DNA of 64,000 bases from the human T2T-CHM13v2.0 reference genome, Homo sapiens (GCF_009914755.1 NC_060926.1); one strand, 5' to 3'. Positions 43,996 through 60,339 are shown, numbered from the stretch's first letter. The notes: generated by a model from the sequence alone, not told the origin. Made by a program: numbers and translations.

Positions 43996-45552
43996 AAAAT
44001 AAATCTTCATGGTTTTGAAGGAATTTAACATACATCATTTCATACAAGCTCCATGACAATTCTGTCAGATAGGCAGGGTGAGGGTTTATGCCCATTTTGT
44101 AGATAACCTCCGAGAAATCAAGCAATTTGGTCAAAGTCCAAATAAATAATTAATAATAAACAAACATAAACAATAAAATGCCAGAGATGGATCTAGAACT
44201 ATATGATAGATTACAGTAATGAAAACAACATGTTCAGCTAAGCTTCAGAATCTTGGAGGAGGAAAGAGACTGAAAATTTGAAAAACAGGTACACTTCTAG
44301 TTTTGCTGTTGAATCACTGAATCACCAGGGGGTAAATTAACCTAGGACTCTATTTCCACATCTCCCAAATTGAAGATAATGGATTTTGCCATCTCACAGG
44401 GCACAGGGAAGATCAATTAGGCAATGCTTGTGTAAGGTACTATAAGCATTGAAGACACAAGGCCCCATGGAACCATGAGTTACCATTGCTCATCGGGCTT
44501 CTCTTGCATCATTCATCTTATTTTCCACTTGCTGGCTGTGGCTTCTCTGCTCGACCTGGTCTCCTGGCTCATGCCTTGAGCCAGTGAATGGTTTGGAGTG
44601 TTGCATGATGATGCACTTCTCTTCCTAGTAATTCATAATATGTACCTGTATCAACCGCTGTAGTGTTTAAATTACTGTGTGCTCAGTGGGTGTGGTGCCA
44701 TGATACATTCTCCCTCCTTCTCCCCAGGCAAGTCTTACTTCATAGCACAGATTCTTTTCCAAGTTCAAATCCATTGGCAAAAAGGTAGACTGTAGGTGGT
44801 AATGAGGGCTGAGGCAAGATGCCTAATCCTGAAAGCAGTGATTAAGGAGTTCCTGTACTCAAAATGTTGGCACCTGAATATGTTCAATTGCTACAGCCAC
44901 AAGGAACAAGAACAAACCTTGGGTCATTTGGGTGGGTGTCCTACAATGTCGGGATCTTTCTGACATCCTCTGCATCCCTCATAGCTGCTGCCAAGTACCA
45001 CAGCCAGACGGATTTTGAAAAGTACAAAAAGTGTCCCTATGGATAGGACATAGGGACATTTTTTGTACCTTGAGACTCTGGCTATGAAACTATAGGCAAG
45101 AGGCACTGGGGGAAGATCTCTGCCTTCTTTATATTGTTGGCTTATTGCTATTATTATTTTTTAAGGGAAGCAGAGTTTTTAGAAGGCAGTCTGGACTCAG
45201 GACCTTGCTGTCTCTTTGGATGTTATCTCTTTGACCCTTTAGTGTACACTTGAATTGATGGTCAGCCCAGAAGACTCCATAACCCCACCTTCCTGCATGT
45301 CCAGACCAAAATGTAGCTCCGTCTTTTCTGAATGTTAAGGAGACCCTGCTGGGTGATGGGTTCCAAAGATCATGGCCTGGTCTATTTAAATTTTAAACAA
45401 AATGTTTTGATTCAAGGCTGGGAGATATAACAGTAACAAATACATGGCAGATAATAAACTCCCTTGTGAACTGAATCTGGGGGAAGTTTAAAAATAAAAA
45501 TCTCACTCATACTTTCAAAACATTTCCACTTAACAAAGAATGTTGAGTTCTT

Positions 45553-45925
<373 letters not shown>

Positions 45926-47399
45926 TTACAGTAACTGACATTTTGCTTTTCTGAAACTTGTCTTTTAGTAACAAAGATTCACGATTGCATTTTTAAAAAA
46001 TCTCCCTGCTATGGCCATTTGCAAATAGAATCCTGGCAACTATTTTTCCCCTCTAAATATACATTAATTTTTTTTTAAATAGACCCCTAGAATCTCATTT
46101 CATTGTAGGACATTCTCCCTCTAAAATTTAGCCTCCTAATTCTCCTTAGATGCGGCTAACCAGGAAGATGGTTTTAGCCTCTGGGCAGGTCTGAATTAAG
46201 CTGGGTACGCATACACTGGGTATGACCGTGCTGATTGGTCATATCAGAAAGGCCTGGTGCTGGTGGGTAAAGAGCCACTATGCTGAGCCCCATCAGCTGC
46301 AGCCCCCGCCCCCACCGAGATATTCTCCCTTTCCACAGATCCAGCAACACCACTTAGCATCCAGGAAAGGAGGGGTACCCTGGAGGAATGGTACACTGGG
46401 GGAGTGGTACTTCCTGCAGTGCCACTGCATCTGTTCTGATTGAGGAGGGAAGTGCTGTGCTCATAGTTAACTGTGTTGCTGATCACCTAGGCATCTAGGA
46501 GTTAACTCACAAAGCCTGCACTGAGAGAACGAGTTGAGGATTTAATTCCTCTCCTGTTACTATGATCTCCAATGTGATGTTGGGGTTTGGAGGAGTAGAG
46601 TGGGGAAGCATCGGGGATTCCTCTAAACCAGACTCTGGGGCCAAATGAGCTTAGGAAACTAAACTCTATCTCCCCTTCTGGGAAAGCCAGAATATATTTG
46701 CATATTAAAGACTCTGAAAAGTTTTTCAGTAAAAAACCTGAATAACTTTGGTTAATTCCAGATTTCCATGATCTGATTACAGAACATGTCTTCCTTTCCT
46801 TCTTTAAATTTTTCTCCCTGTTTTTTAGGGTAGCATTGGATAATAACCTGGGAATGAATATTCCATGGGGCACACTTTGGAAAACAGAGCCTTAATCCAT
46901 GATCTCACATATTCCCAGCTGAAAAGATGCCTGGAATTGAAAAGTTGTTTTTCCCCCTCTCAGGAAGAAACGTCTTACATAAGAAAATATTTTGGTTTCA
47001 AGTCTTAATGTACTAAAACTTATTTGTAAACTGTCACCTTACTAATAAGGCTTAAAGATGGTAATTCAGCAAGCACCTTAGTGTTTGTGCATTACTATTT
47101 GTGGGAGTCCCTCAGCAAAACCTATCTCAGACATTGCCTGAAGAAGGGAGTTTCATTCTAGAAGGATTTTAGGAGGCTTATTAAAGTACACACTCTATAA
47201 TAGGGAAAAATAATGACGGACTCAGAATGAGAACAAACAAGGATAGGAAAAAATAAAGCCAATACAATAATATGGGCCAGAGGTCTGTGTATTGATAGAG
47301 GTTGGCCACAAATTTGGATCTGGGTGTCAAAGAAATACAGAAACGTGATCATTTACCGAGTTCACAGTGTCCATAAAATAAAATAAAAATAAATAAATA

Positions 47400-47783
<384 letters not shown>

Positions 47784-49189
47784 TCACTTTAGTGAGTCAA
47801 ATGTGAGAGTGTATTTACCCCCCACCACCAATGCATGGGAGCTTCAGTGAAAGTGATCCATTATTCCAGTGGCTAATCCTTAGCAGAAGGGAGATGGAGG
47901 TGTTTACCACTTGCAGGCAAAGAGGGGGGAAAATTGAGTAATGTTCTCCCTTCGCCACTTCTAAAGGGGTCATTGCCAATTTGGGCCACCATCATCATGA
48001 TACCAGTGTACAGAATACCAAGAAAGATAATGAAAACAGTGTAAAGTTGTTAGGAGTTAATCAGAGAAAATGCCCTTTTCAACTTCTTCCCCAAATCTTT
48101 GCCCTTCTAGTAACCTGAGCTAACTTATGAGTTATTGCCCGGAACTATATATTGGCAAAATTTTCAGGAAGTACTCTAGTGAGTGAAGGTTCAGACAGGA
48201 GCGAGAGTCAAAAAGCATCCTCTTAATCCTAGCTTTGCAAATGATTTATTGTGCAACCATAACCCTGTATCTTGAGTCAGTTTCCTCATTTATGCAGGAA
48301 AAAAAAAAAATCTGGGCCATCCATCCATCACAAGTGTTCCAAGTAGAAGAATCCCCTGTAAAAGGAGATGAGCATGTTCAAGTATTAAGCACTTAAAATG
48401 AAGATTATGTTTGGAAATCAAAATATAATTTTGATAACCCATTAAAAGTAATGAAATGGAGAAAACAAATTTTAGTAATTACCCCAATAGAGGTATGTTA
48501 CTAACAACTATCTTTTCACTTGGAAATCTGACTCAGTTATTATCACAGTGAATTTTGTGTGCTATGGTGTAAAACTAAAAGCCAGTGAAATTTATTGCTG
48601 GGATCATTGTATGGAAAAAAAATAGACCTCATCAAGGCAGAAGCTTAGTCACTTCTTTAATTCAACAGATGGTCTATTCACTCGGGATGCTCGAAGTCTG
48701 GTTCCAGATCCTATCACTCCTCAACAGTTTGTGTAATATTTAGGTCTTTGGTATTCATATTCCATCTATTTACAAATGATACTTGTGACAGCCCACCAGT
48801 GGAAAATGTGTGTCACAACCTTTTCTTTCCAGCAGCACTGCTGACAGGTAGCAAAACCCCATCTTCTCATCAGACTTGACTTTTTTCCTCAACCAAAGAT
48901 TTCCTTACCAAGACCTCTGCCAATCGCAAAGAGACAATTTATGTGACCCGTGGCTTGCTTTGTATCCCACAACATGTTACTGGCCTTCTCCCTCTCTCTT
49001 CGCAGATCCATTTTTCGTCAAAGTTACTGTCTCATTAAGGGGAAAAATAGCAGACAAAAATTCCCTGGTGGTATGTTCCCACGTTGTACAGTTAAAATTT
49101 ATCATTAAAAATATTTTAACATAGCAATTAGTATTTGCTTTTTTTAAGAAAAAGTTCTTTTTTTTCTGAAAAGAAAACACTTCAGCAAA

Positions 49190-50000
49190 ATACACAGGAA
49201 AACCAAGAGATTCCGTTTTACATCTATCAGATTGGCAAAAGTTTAAAACACAAGTGTTGAGAGGATATGGAGGAATGGGAACTCTCATCCCATGGTGGGG
49301 AAAAGTAAATTGATAAAGCTAGTATGGCAAGCATTTGGCCACATTTGACAAAGTTTAAAAATGTGCCTAAGTCTAGAGAGGTACTCTAGAAAAACACACA
49401 CATGTGCAAAAGGAGACATATAAAAGAATATCCATTATGGTAATAAATTGAAAGTGTTCATCAAAAGACCACAGACAAATAGATTGTGATATATTTATAC
49501 ATGGAGTAGATGGGTCAAAGTGAATAAACTCAAGCTGCCTAAATCAATGGAGATAAACTACACAACACAGTGCTGAGCAAAACATAATGTTGAGCCCAAA
49601 AAGCTTAATACAAAAGGATGTGTGAGTGGGATGCCATTTACATAACATTTAGACACTTGCAAAATAATACTATGTGATGTAGTCAAGTATATAAACATGT
49701 AGTAAAAAATATAAAACAAGCATAAGAATGTTACACACTGAATTAGTGATAATTATTTCCTTCAGGAACAGAAGGAAGGAGGCAGGAAGGGAGGGAGAAA
49801 ATGGAACCTACTAGGTTTACACAGGGGCCTCCAAGGTACCTTTAATGTTTGACTTCTTTTAAATGATAACACAAATAGATGCTGAAGCAAATATGACATC
49901 AAAATATTAGAGTCTGATAAAGTTGGGCAGTAGATACATGAAGGTCTGTTATTTTTGTGCTTGCCAATGTGTTTGAAATATTTCACAATTTTCTTAATAA
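49190..50000 (+). mobile_element. L1ME-like 3' region
   Basis: catctatcagattggcaaaa...gaggatatggaggaatgggaactctca...gtttgaaatatttcacaat. Confidence 0.7.
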
Positions 50001-52951
50001 TGATGTATTGGAATTGCATTCGGCCATAACTAGGTTTTAGTTACAAAGTACCAGAGACAGCTCATTACAATGTAAGCTTACCTACAAGCCAGTTCAAGAA
50101 TAGCTTTATAACAATGCTCTCTGAGTTGATAAATTCCATTCTTTGGTTTTGTCAATTTTGTGGGTAACTCATTTACCTAGGTTTCATTTTTTTACTCACT
50201 GTCCTCCTTGCCCTGTTTATTATGATACTAGCTGGGATTTCTCTTCCTGAGGGGTAGAGCTAATTCAGAGCTCATTAAATGCATAACTCCAAACTGTTCC
50301 ATTATATATTACCTCTATCTACTCTCCACTGAGCATCATCTGCTATTGTGTTTACTCCATTACCGAGCTAAATTAAGTCCTGCAAGAGTTTCTCATAATC
50401 CTTCAAACTTTTGGTTGTTGGCAAACATGTGCCATTTATTTGTATTGCTTCTGAATTATTAACAAATATATTTTTAAATTGTCTCTAGGTTTCTAAAAGT
50501 CAACGCACTGTTCGATGAATGCTGTGCTCTCATTTTACATATTTGCCCATCTCAGCTGGTTTTTGGAATCCGAGATCGGACCTTTTATCTATTATTAAAT
50601 TATACCTCAAATTACTTAATGCAACAGTTGTTCATAGCCTTATGGGAAGATCACACACAAAAAACGTAAAGCACTAGATGCTCCTAACCACAGATATTCA
50701 GTCAATCCTTTCAAGGAATTTCCACAGATTAGAAAGACACAACCTAATTTATTTAAACGATACCACGTTTGCTGCCTGTGCAGTCATTGCTTTTTCCTGT
50801 GAAAGGTAAAATTTGCTCAACTCCTGATGTGAATTCCCAAGATCTCTCTTCTCGCATTTTTAAAAAACAGGTTAGCCATTAGCCAGATGGCAGCTCTTGA
50901 AAGATATTCTCACAATTAATAGTAAATGATACCGCTTTATTAGTGGTTCAGTCTTATTCTGCAGTTTCTTAAGATTTTTAAAAACAATAGCCAGGGAAAA
51001 CAATCCCATTCATTCCCCTTGACTCCTACAGCTTTCATTGGCAAACTCAGGCCAGCAGTCTGCCACTTGGTAGAGCAAAGTAACTTGAGATCATGTAGCA
51101 TTGTGTTTAGCCTTTGTCTTCCTTGAGAGAATACTGATCTAATGGTTTCATATGATTTTACTGTATGGATGCTATCATAGAATTCTTGTTAATCTTTCAC
51201 ATTTCGGGTAATGTTGCCTTCAAATTCATTTTGAATCTTAAAAGTCCCAGTTCTTATGCAGTCCTAGTTGATAAGTATCCCCTTTGTTGTTTATTCCTGT
51301 GTAGATATTGATCCAGTCTGTGTGTCTACACCCACAATGGAGAATCATTACTCATTCATTCATTCATTCAATCCAAACATGGCTATTGAACATCTTCTAT
51401 GTCCATAATGTGGAGATACTGCTGGTGGACAAGAAAACTATAACTGTTTCTACCCTTAGTGAGAATAATGAGAAATAGGAAAAAAACACAAGGTTCATAG
51501 TGGAGCAAAACAAATCCTAGTCACTCTATCTTTATTTTGGGCCATTATACCTAAGAATTAGATCTAAATTAATACAATACCTTTCAGGCAATTACTCCTC
51601 TTTTCCTAGTTTGAAACTCCCAAGACTAGACTTCTCTAAGGCAACAATAAAATTAAATCCTACCCACGGGTCCAAAAATTAAAAGAAAGTGGGATGTGAA
51701 TCAGCACATGATCTAGGTAACATGGTATATTTTGCCTCTTCCCTCTTGTCCTTTTTTATGCATATTTAGTGAACCTTCAGTAGCCCCTTCTGTGTCTCAG
51801 GCAGACAGATGGCTTTTATTCTTTTAGCCTAATGATATGGAGAAAAACAGAAGGATGGGAAAAAGTCTTCAAGTGCTTCATCTGCAGAGATAACAGATAC
51901 TAAAATCGCAACCCTCATACCATCTTTTCTTCCTGGTTCAATATATAGAAAAGGTGAAAGATGCAAGAAGGTGCAATATAGCACACAAGAAAATCTTCCT
52001 GTAGACAGTGGTGGATTTCTTTTTGGAAAAATGTGACTATGTGAAACAGAAGGATGAGAACTCAGAAGTCATAGCACTTTTTCCTGGCTCTAAAACAATA
52101 AAATGTAAGTGAGGGAACCTTACTAAACAGCCCGTGTTCGGTATCAACTCCTTGGTGCCTGCTGTGGAAAATATTGATGGATAAATAATAGAAATGAAAC
52201 GTGGAAGATATCTGAAAGCTTGAACTGATCTCCAGTTTTCAAACATCAGAACTGGTATAAGTTTATCATTGACTGCTTAGTATGCTTAAAGGAACAGTTA
52301 ATTCAGGGCAAATGTCATTAATGTCTCCCAGTTCAATTACTTCTTTCCCTTTCTATTGCCCCTCTTGTTTTGTTTCACTCAGGTCAAAATGAGCTGCCAG
52401 CTTTTGCTTATTGCTCCTAGACATTCACAGATTCCCCCTGGGCATCAGACTCTTAATTTTTCCTTTTGGTGAGGTTGTACAGTTTTTAATCTTGCGTTAC
52501 TTAATAAAATGTTTAGGGAAATGAATGAACAGACTCGTTCAATTCCAGGCAAGTGGCTTTCAACATTAAGATAGGCTGATGAAATCAGACACAACATAAA
52601 AAGCTGAAAAGAAATTAAATTTAGATATATCGACAGGATTAATACCAAAATACTGGTTGGGGATAAATAGACTAATGGCTACCATTTATCGTATTCCTAA
52701 TATGTTTCCCTATATGTGGCATGTATTGTCTTTAATTCTTATAACAACTCGGCTAGTTGGGGATTTTCTTTCTGCTATATACGGTAATTAGAGGAATCCC
52801 ACATGTAATTGAAAAAACTTTGCATCTTTATTCCTAAATCATTTTTCCTGCTCTGCTTGCTTACAGGAAAATAAGGTATATTATTAGTAACTTTAATGTA
52901 GTTACTTAAAATTCCTTTAAAAATATACAGTGATGAATTCCCTGAACTAAA

Positions 52952-53251
52952 GGCCAGGTGCAGTGGCTCATGCCTGTAATCCCAGGACTTTGGAAGGCCA
53001 AGGCAGGTGGATTACCTGAGGCAGGGAGTTCGAGACCAGTCTGGGCAACATAGTGAGATATCATATCTACCAAAAATACAAAAAATTAGCCGGACGTGGT
53101 AGTGCGTGCCTGTAGTCCCAGCTACTCAGGAGGCTGAGTGAGGCATGACAATTGCTTGAACCCAGGAGGCGGAGGTTGCAGTAAGCTGAGATTGTGCCAC
53201 TGCACTGCAGCCTGAGCAACAGAGCAAGACTTGGTCTCAAAAAAAAAAAAA
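52952..53251 (+). mobile_element. AluS
   Basis: Full dimer with poly(A). Confidence 0.9.
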
Positions 53252-53931
53252 GATGCAACTGAGTCAGAAATTTATCATAGGATTTATCATAGAACTAAGA
53301 CACATTCTTACTTAAATTTCAAAATGCTTTAAATATATATATTTATAAATCTAAGAAACAATCACCCTAGGCTGTTTAAGAGAGAAAAATCCCTTATTTG
53401 CACTTTATAGGCTAGAAAAGGAAGACACTGTAAGAGTAAATGATATGCCGGAGGCAGCCCAGTCAGCAGCCATAAATAACACCCACTTCTTGTCACATCC
53501 AGTAGGCCGCTCCATTGGGAAGTCAAGACGGTATCTTAAGTGCTGTATTCCACTCGATGCTCTATTTTCCTGCTTGCTGCAGTAACTGTGGTTTCATACA
53601 GAGTATTAGAACTACCAGGTAATCCTTGAAAAATGTTCTAAGTCCCTCTTTCCTCCCCCTCAGAACCATATTATTTTAAATCTTTTCTCAACCAGTGCTG
53701 GAAAATTCTCCTGTTAGTTGACCAAAAAGTTGAAAATCACTTGGTTTATTATTCATTTTTGCTTCCTATATTAATAGTTTTATGATGCCAGTTTCTGGCC
53801 AGGAAAGAGAGAAATCAATTACCCTCAGTTTCATGTTGCACATATTTGTATTCAAAAGCTTCAGTTAAAGTTTATGTCAATTGACTCTCTTTAGCCTGTT
53901 TGCCTTCACTTCTTAACAACACAAGCAAACA

Positions 53932-54296
53932 GGCCAGCTGCAGTGGCTCACGCCTGTAATCCCAGCACTTTGGGAGGCTGAGGCAGTCCGATCACCTGAG
54001 ATCAGAAGTTCGAGACCAGCCTGGCCAACATGGTGAAACCCCATCTCTACTAAAAATACAAAAATTAGCAAGGCATGGTGGTGCACGCCTGTAGTCCCAG
54101 CTACTCTGGGGGCTGAGGCAGGAGAATTGCTTGAATTCTGGGGAGGCAGAGGTACAGTGAGCTGAGATCGTGCCACTGCACTCCAGCCTGGGCAGCAAAG
54201 CAAGACTCTGTCTCAAAAAAAAAAAAAAAAAAAGAAAGAAAAAAGAAAAAGAAAAAAGAAAAAGTAAAAGAAAAAGAAAAGAAACAAACAAAAAAA
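53932..54296 (+). mobile_element. AluSx-like with long A/GAAAA tail
   Basis: Full dimer. Confidence 0.9.
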
Positions 54297-54726
54297 TGGG
54301 GGAAGGGATTTAGATTTAGTTTCCCCCCTAAATAAAGGTGACCAAATTATTACACTGCTCCTTGGATTACTTTTAAACATTGGAATGCTCTGATACATAC
54401 TACTTTATAGTACATTACCAAACTAACACATGAAATTATACATTTAAAAGTATGTGTATATAGATATCTTAAATATATACACACACAATACATATGTTTT
54501 AGGAAGCCCAGGAGAGAATGTCAGGACAGGGAACAGAAAGAGACCTGGAAGAAAAGATTGACAATGAAGTTTTATTTCCCTATAAAACAATTAAGAGGAT
54601 CTTGAATTCTCAGATACAAAACTGATATCAAAGGAGCATTGGGGATTGCGTTTTGTTACTAGAGGATTGGAATTATTCTTATTAATAGTGTTACACACAC
54701 TGTATTGACCTCAGATGAAAGTATGA

Positions 54727-55130
<404 letters not shown>

Positions 55131-56727
55131 TAGCGCTAAGCAGGACTCCCACCAGCCCTCAGCTGGTACTAACTTTCAACCATAGGCTGTCTCTCCTGCC
55201 TACTAAACTGAATCACATTGTTTATATTTTGCAATAATACTTTTATAATTGTGCTACAGGGTTCAAAGGGACATAGGCCCAGAGCAATCAATATTCTTTG
55301 TTCAAGCAATTGCCTTCTTTCTCTTCACCATTTAGCAGCCTGATGGTGTTAAGCCTGGGTGCACAGGAAGGAGGACCAGTGGCCTGTGAAGAGTCATTAA
55401 GGAGGCTGATGCATAAATATTCAAGCCTGTGACCCACCATTCCACCTCACACAAGCCCCCTGCTAACTGCCAGTCCTGTTGTAGTTTTCTGGAATCCATA
55501 TAACCTGTTATTTATCTTAAAGAGTTTGCTCAAGGGATCTCCTTTTCAATTACTGTAATAATAACATATGTAACAGAATGTGTTTTAATGCTTTTTAGCT
55601 TTAAAAGTACTTTCACGAATAATATCCTTTTGAGCTTCATTCACATAACCATGGAAGATAAACATCATTTCCCTTCTTATGGATTAGGGAATAAAAGCTC
55701 AATGATATTTGCAAGTAAACAAAGTTGGAACTTGAAATAAGAGTTGTAATTTCAAGCCCCACACTCTTTCCACGAAGTCATTCTGTATATATTGTGTGAG
55801 CTGAAAGCTGATGGAAGTCTCCTCTAATTAAAACCTCTTCCCTAACTTGGCTATGTAACAGGCATTTCCATACAGCAGTGGTTCTCTGGAGATGAGTACA
55901 CTTAAACCAGACTAATAGATCTTGTTACTGAGATGTGTAAGATACTGGATACCTGACATATCTATAGAAATTACTGCCTGTTAGTCAGCAACACCTAGAG
56001 TCACCCAGCAGAGAACAGGTGTTTGTGGTAACGGATAGTGGAATGTGAAAGTTTATAAGGAAAGGAGGCTGCATACTATCCTGAGTATGAGGTCATTCCT
56101 GAATATGACATCACAGTGACAGGTCAAGACATCAGGGTTCAGTACGAAGGTATCAGAGAGGGCTTGGACTCATCATGGGAGACAAGGAGAAAAGCCAGAG
56201 TGTCCGATGGTTTTAGAGCATTGATTGCATTTGGGTATCATAAGCAATTTTACGTCAAAGTCTCTATACACCAAACAAGCAGGACAGAATTTACAAAAAC
56301 AAAAGAAAAAAATTAACCACACTAAGTTTCTTTTGGATGAATGTAAGACGGATTTTCATTGTTTATCTAGAGTATACTAACTATTAATAGAATTTCTATA
56401 CACTTTACCATCTTGGTGCTCTCTTGGGGACAATGAGGTTGAAAGCCACAGTTCAGATGGGTATACCAAGGCAGAGTAGCTCACATGACATAACAAGCAG
56501 CTTTATCTTGGGTATTCAATTCACTGAAAAGCTAAGTGGCATGTCATGCTGGGTGCCCTAGCTTTAACTCATGTGCATATTTTCCCCTTAAGCTACCATT
56601 AATCCATCAAAATATCATTTGGTATGGTTTGGTCTTTGTGATTTTCAAGTTTATTATTATGAAGTTTCTCTTTCTTCCTTTTATCTTTTTTATAAAGAAT
56701 ATCTTTGACCTGTACCCAAGATAGCAA

Positions 56728-57027
56728 TTTTTTTTTGAGACAGGGTCTTACTGTGTTGCCCAGGCTGGAGTACAGTGACATGATCATAGCTCACTGCAGC
56801 CCCGACCTCCTGGGATCAAGTGATCCTCTCGTCTCAGCCTCCTGAATACCTGGGACTACAGACACGTACCACCACACCTGGCCAAATTTTTTTGTTTGTT
56901 TTGTTTTGTGTATAAACCACATCACATGATGTTGCCCAGGCTGGTCCCAAACTCCTGGGCTCACGTAGCGCTCCACCTTGGCCTCCTAAAGTGCTGGGAT
57001 TACAGGCATGCGCTACCATCCCTGGCC
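56728..57027 (-). mobile_element. AluJ
   Basis: gagacagggtct...gatcatagctcactgcagcc...ctcctgggctca. Confidence 0.88.
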
Positions 57028-57551
57028 AGCAAATGTTTACATGTGTTCACAGTTTCAGCTTACAGACTGCATTATTTCAGAACCACCCCCCACCAAAAAA
57101 GTGCAAATAACCCTTTATTTATCAAGTGGCAATCTGAGTCACAACAATTGATTTTCTTATTACTCAAATTAAACAAAATATTTGAACTTGTTTTCCAGTA
57201 ATTCTTCAAATCCAAATATATAAAACTGGACAAAGTACTACAAATGCTAAGGTCAAAGACACTCTCCTACTGACCTCAACAGCCTTAACACTAAAACTTT
57301 TCAATTCCCAAGGCTGAATGGAGATCCTTAACCATCAAAAGGGGGAAACTTAGCCAGAAGCTTCTCGTAACTATTATCATCCCAACTGCATAAAATTTGA
57401 TGTGTTCCTTTGAACTTAGGAACCACGTAATGGTTACAGTTCTCCATGAGGGTCAATTTACCTTACTGGCAAAGTTTTATATGTATGCCATACCATATAT
57501 ACACCTGTCACAATATGATTGGAGAAGGAACTCAAAAAACCACTGTTGAAG

Positions 57552-57881
<330 letters not shown>

Positions 57882-58059
57882 CTAAAATGAGTGAATGATT
57901 GATACAGTTCTTCGTGCCTGTGTAAGAAGCTTTTGCTATAAAGCCCAATTCTCAGTAACAATGAGCTTTCTATTCTTTTGATGCACAAGACTTTCACTGT
58001 TTTAAATGTTAACTGAAAATAAGTGAACTGAATCAAGATTTGGTGAAAAAGATTTGGTG

Positions 58060-58290
58060 ATAGGTTGCAGTGAAGATTTGTGTGGTGTTAGCCCAGGCCT
58101 GGACTCAAAACCTGGTTCCAACTCTACCACCCTAAGACCTTGGCCCACTGACTTTACTTTCTCTTTTTCTTAGGGGCAAACCAGAGACAACAACATCTAC
58201 CTCAGAGTAATATTTTTGAGATTAAATGAAAACCTGTAGGTAAAAGATTTACCATTCTCCTGGGTACAGTGAGTGCTCTTTCATCATGCA
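58060..58290 (+). mobile_element. MIR
   Basis: cctggttccaactct...gaccttggc...ctacctcagag..tttgagattaaatga. Confidence 0.55.
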
Positions 58291-59617
58291 AAAATCTCAA
58301 TTTTATAATGGGATTTATTTCAACAAGACCTGGCCTAAAGTAATTTGCTTTTATACATGTAACAATTCTGCCTCCTCCATTTTAGCTTTACGTACACAAG
58401 GATAAGATTCTTCCTTCCATAACATGGGATGTCATTCATTCATTCATTCATTCTATAGACATTTTGGCACTTTATATTTGTAAGTAACTGCAGTAGAATT
58501 ATTGGGGCAGGGTGGGGAATGAAGAAGGGAGGAAGAAGGGCAGAAATGTTCAATAAAGCATCAACCTGCTTCCACAAGAACATCAAATACATAGGCACTT
58601 GAAGAGTCAAATAATGTTATGTAATCGCAGATTCCTAATATAAATGAAAAAATCATTATGTAGTTTTTATATAAAGAATAAAAAGTAACAGTGGTGGAAG
58701 AAGTCAGGATCTCTGGATTGAAGGCCAGACAATGACAGAGGGGAAATAAATAATGGGAAGTATTTTAAGCCATGGGCAAGATACTGTTTGCTCAGCTAAT
58801 CAGTCATTCTGGCTAGCATCCATTGCTGTCAACTACATTTATTGCGCACCAACTATTGGAGTGGGGATGGCAAACCACCATCATGACTGGCCAAAGGATC
58901 CAAGATTGTCTATACTTCATTTTAAAATACATCCAGATACAATGGGTTAAGTACATTAGTCAATTTTAACCTATAACTTAGCAACTATCAATTAACTTTT
59001 GTAGTTACTTCTAATCTACAATCCAGAGGCTGTTAGTTAACTTTTGAAGTTACCAAATCAGGAATACACAGACCAGGGATACTTAAGTCTAAATGAGAGC
59101 CTCTAGGAGAATTCAAGCCAGCGAAGCCCTTTGCATGGAAATGCTTCTCCTGTCTGTACCTTCAGTCAGTCCTGGGATGTGTTAGGTAGCATGAGGGGTG
59201 TTGGAAGTAAGGTTTTATCCGTGAAATGAAAAGTAGTCAGTTAATGTGGCTTGACTAGAAATACTGTAAATGTACCTCCACCTTTACATGAACACAGCTA
59301 AGAATCAGCAAACCCAGGCTCCTAATACCATCCTGAGCCTAGAAGTTCCATTCAGCCTTGTGTCCCATCACTCACCGTATGATTCTGGAGCTAATGCCCA
59401 CTGCTGCTAATGTATTGTTGCGTGTGCCTCTAAAACATTTTTCCAGCAAGGTCCTTATCAGAGTGCCTACAGGGACAAACAGCTGGGTATTTGCAGAGCT
59501 TCATGAGCAGGTTTGTGTGACTGCTTTTGTGCATGCTTGCAAATAAATATTTTCATGTGTGGCAAACTGTGAGGCTTGTTTTCACTGTAAACACACCAAC
59601 TGCCAACAAGATTGTAG

Positions 59618-59969
<352 letters not shown>

Positions 59970-60215
59970 CAGTTAATTATTAATATTGTCTATTAAGATG
60001 AACCTGACAATCATGAATGTCCAAACTGGATCAGGATATTCTTCACGGATTGGAAAGCGCTGTCAAATATTTATTAAAATGGTTTACTGCAAATACAGAT
60101 CTTTAGCTTCGATTAACACACAAATTTTTACTATGTGCTTGTCAACGGACTGAGTCTTAAGAGCAAATATAGATATGAAAAATAAAATTCTTACCTAAAT
60201 GTGCATACAGGCTTC

Positions 60216-60257
60216 GTGTGTGTGTGTGTGTGTGTGTGTGTGCATGTGTGTGTGTGT
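60216..60257. repeat. Interrupted (TG)n microsatellite
   Basis: Read directly from the sequence. Confidence 0.9.
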
Positions 60258-60339
60258 TTTGTGGTGGGGGAAGTTCATAAAGATAGGAGAAAAAAGACAA
60301 GTATATGTACAAAACAATTTCAATTGGCATGATTCTTCT

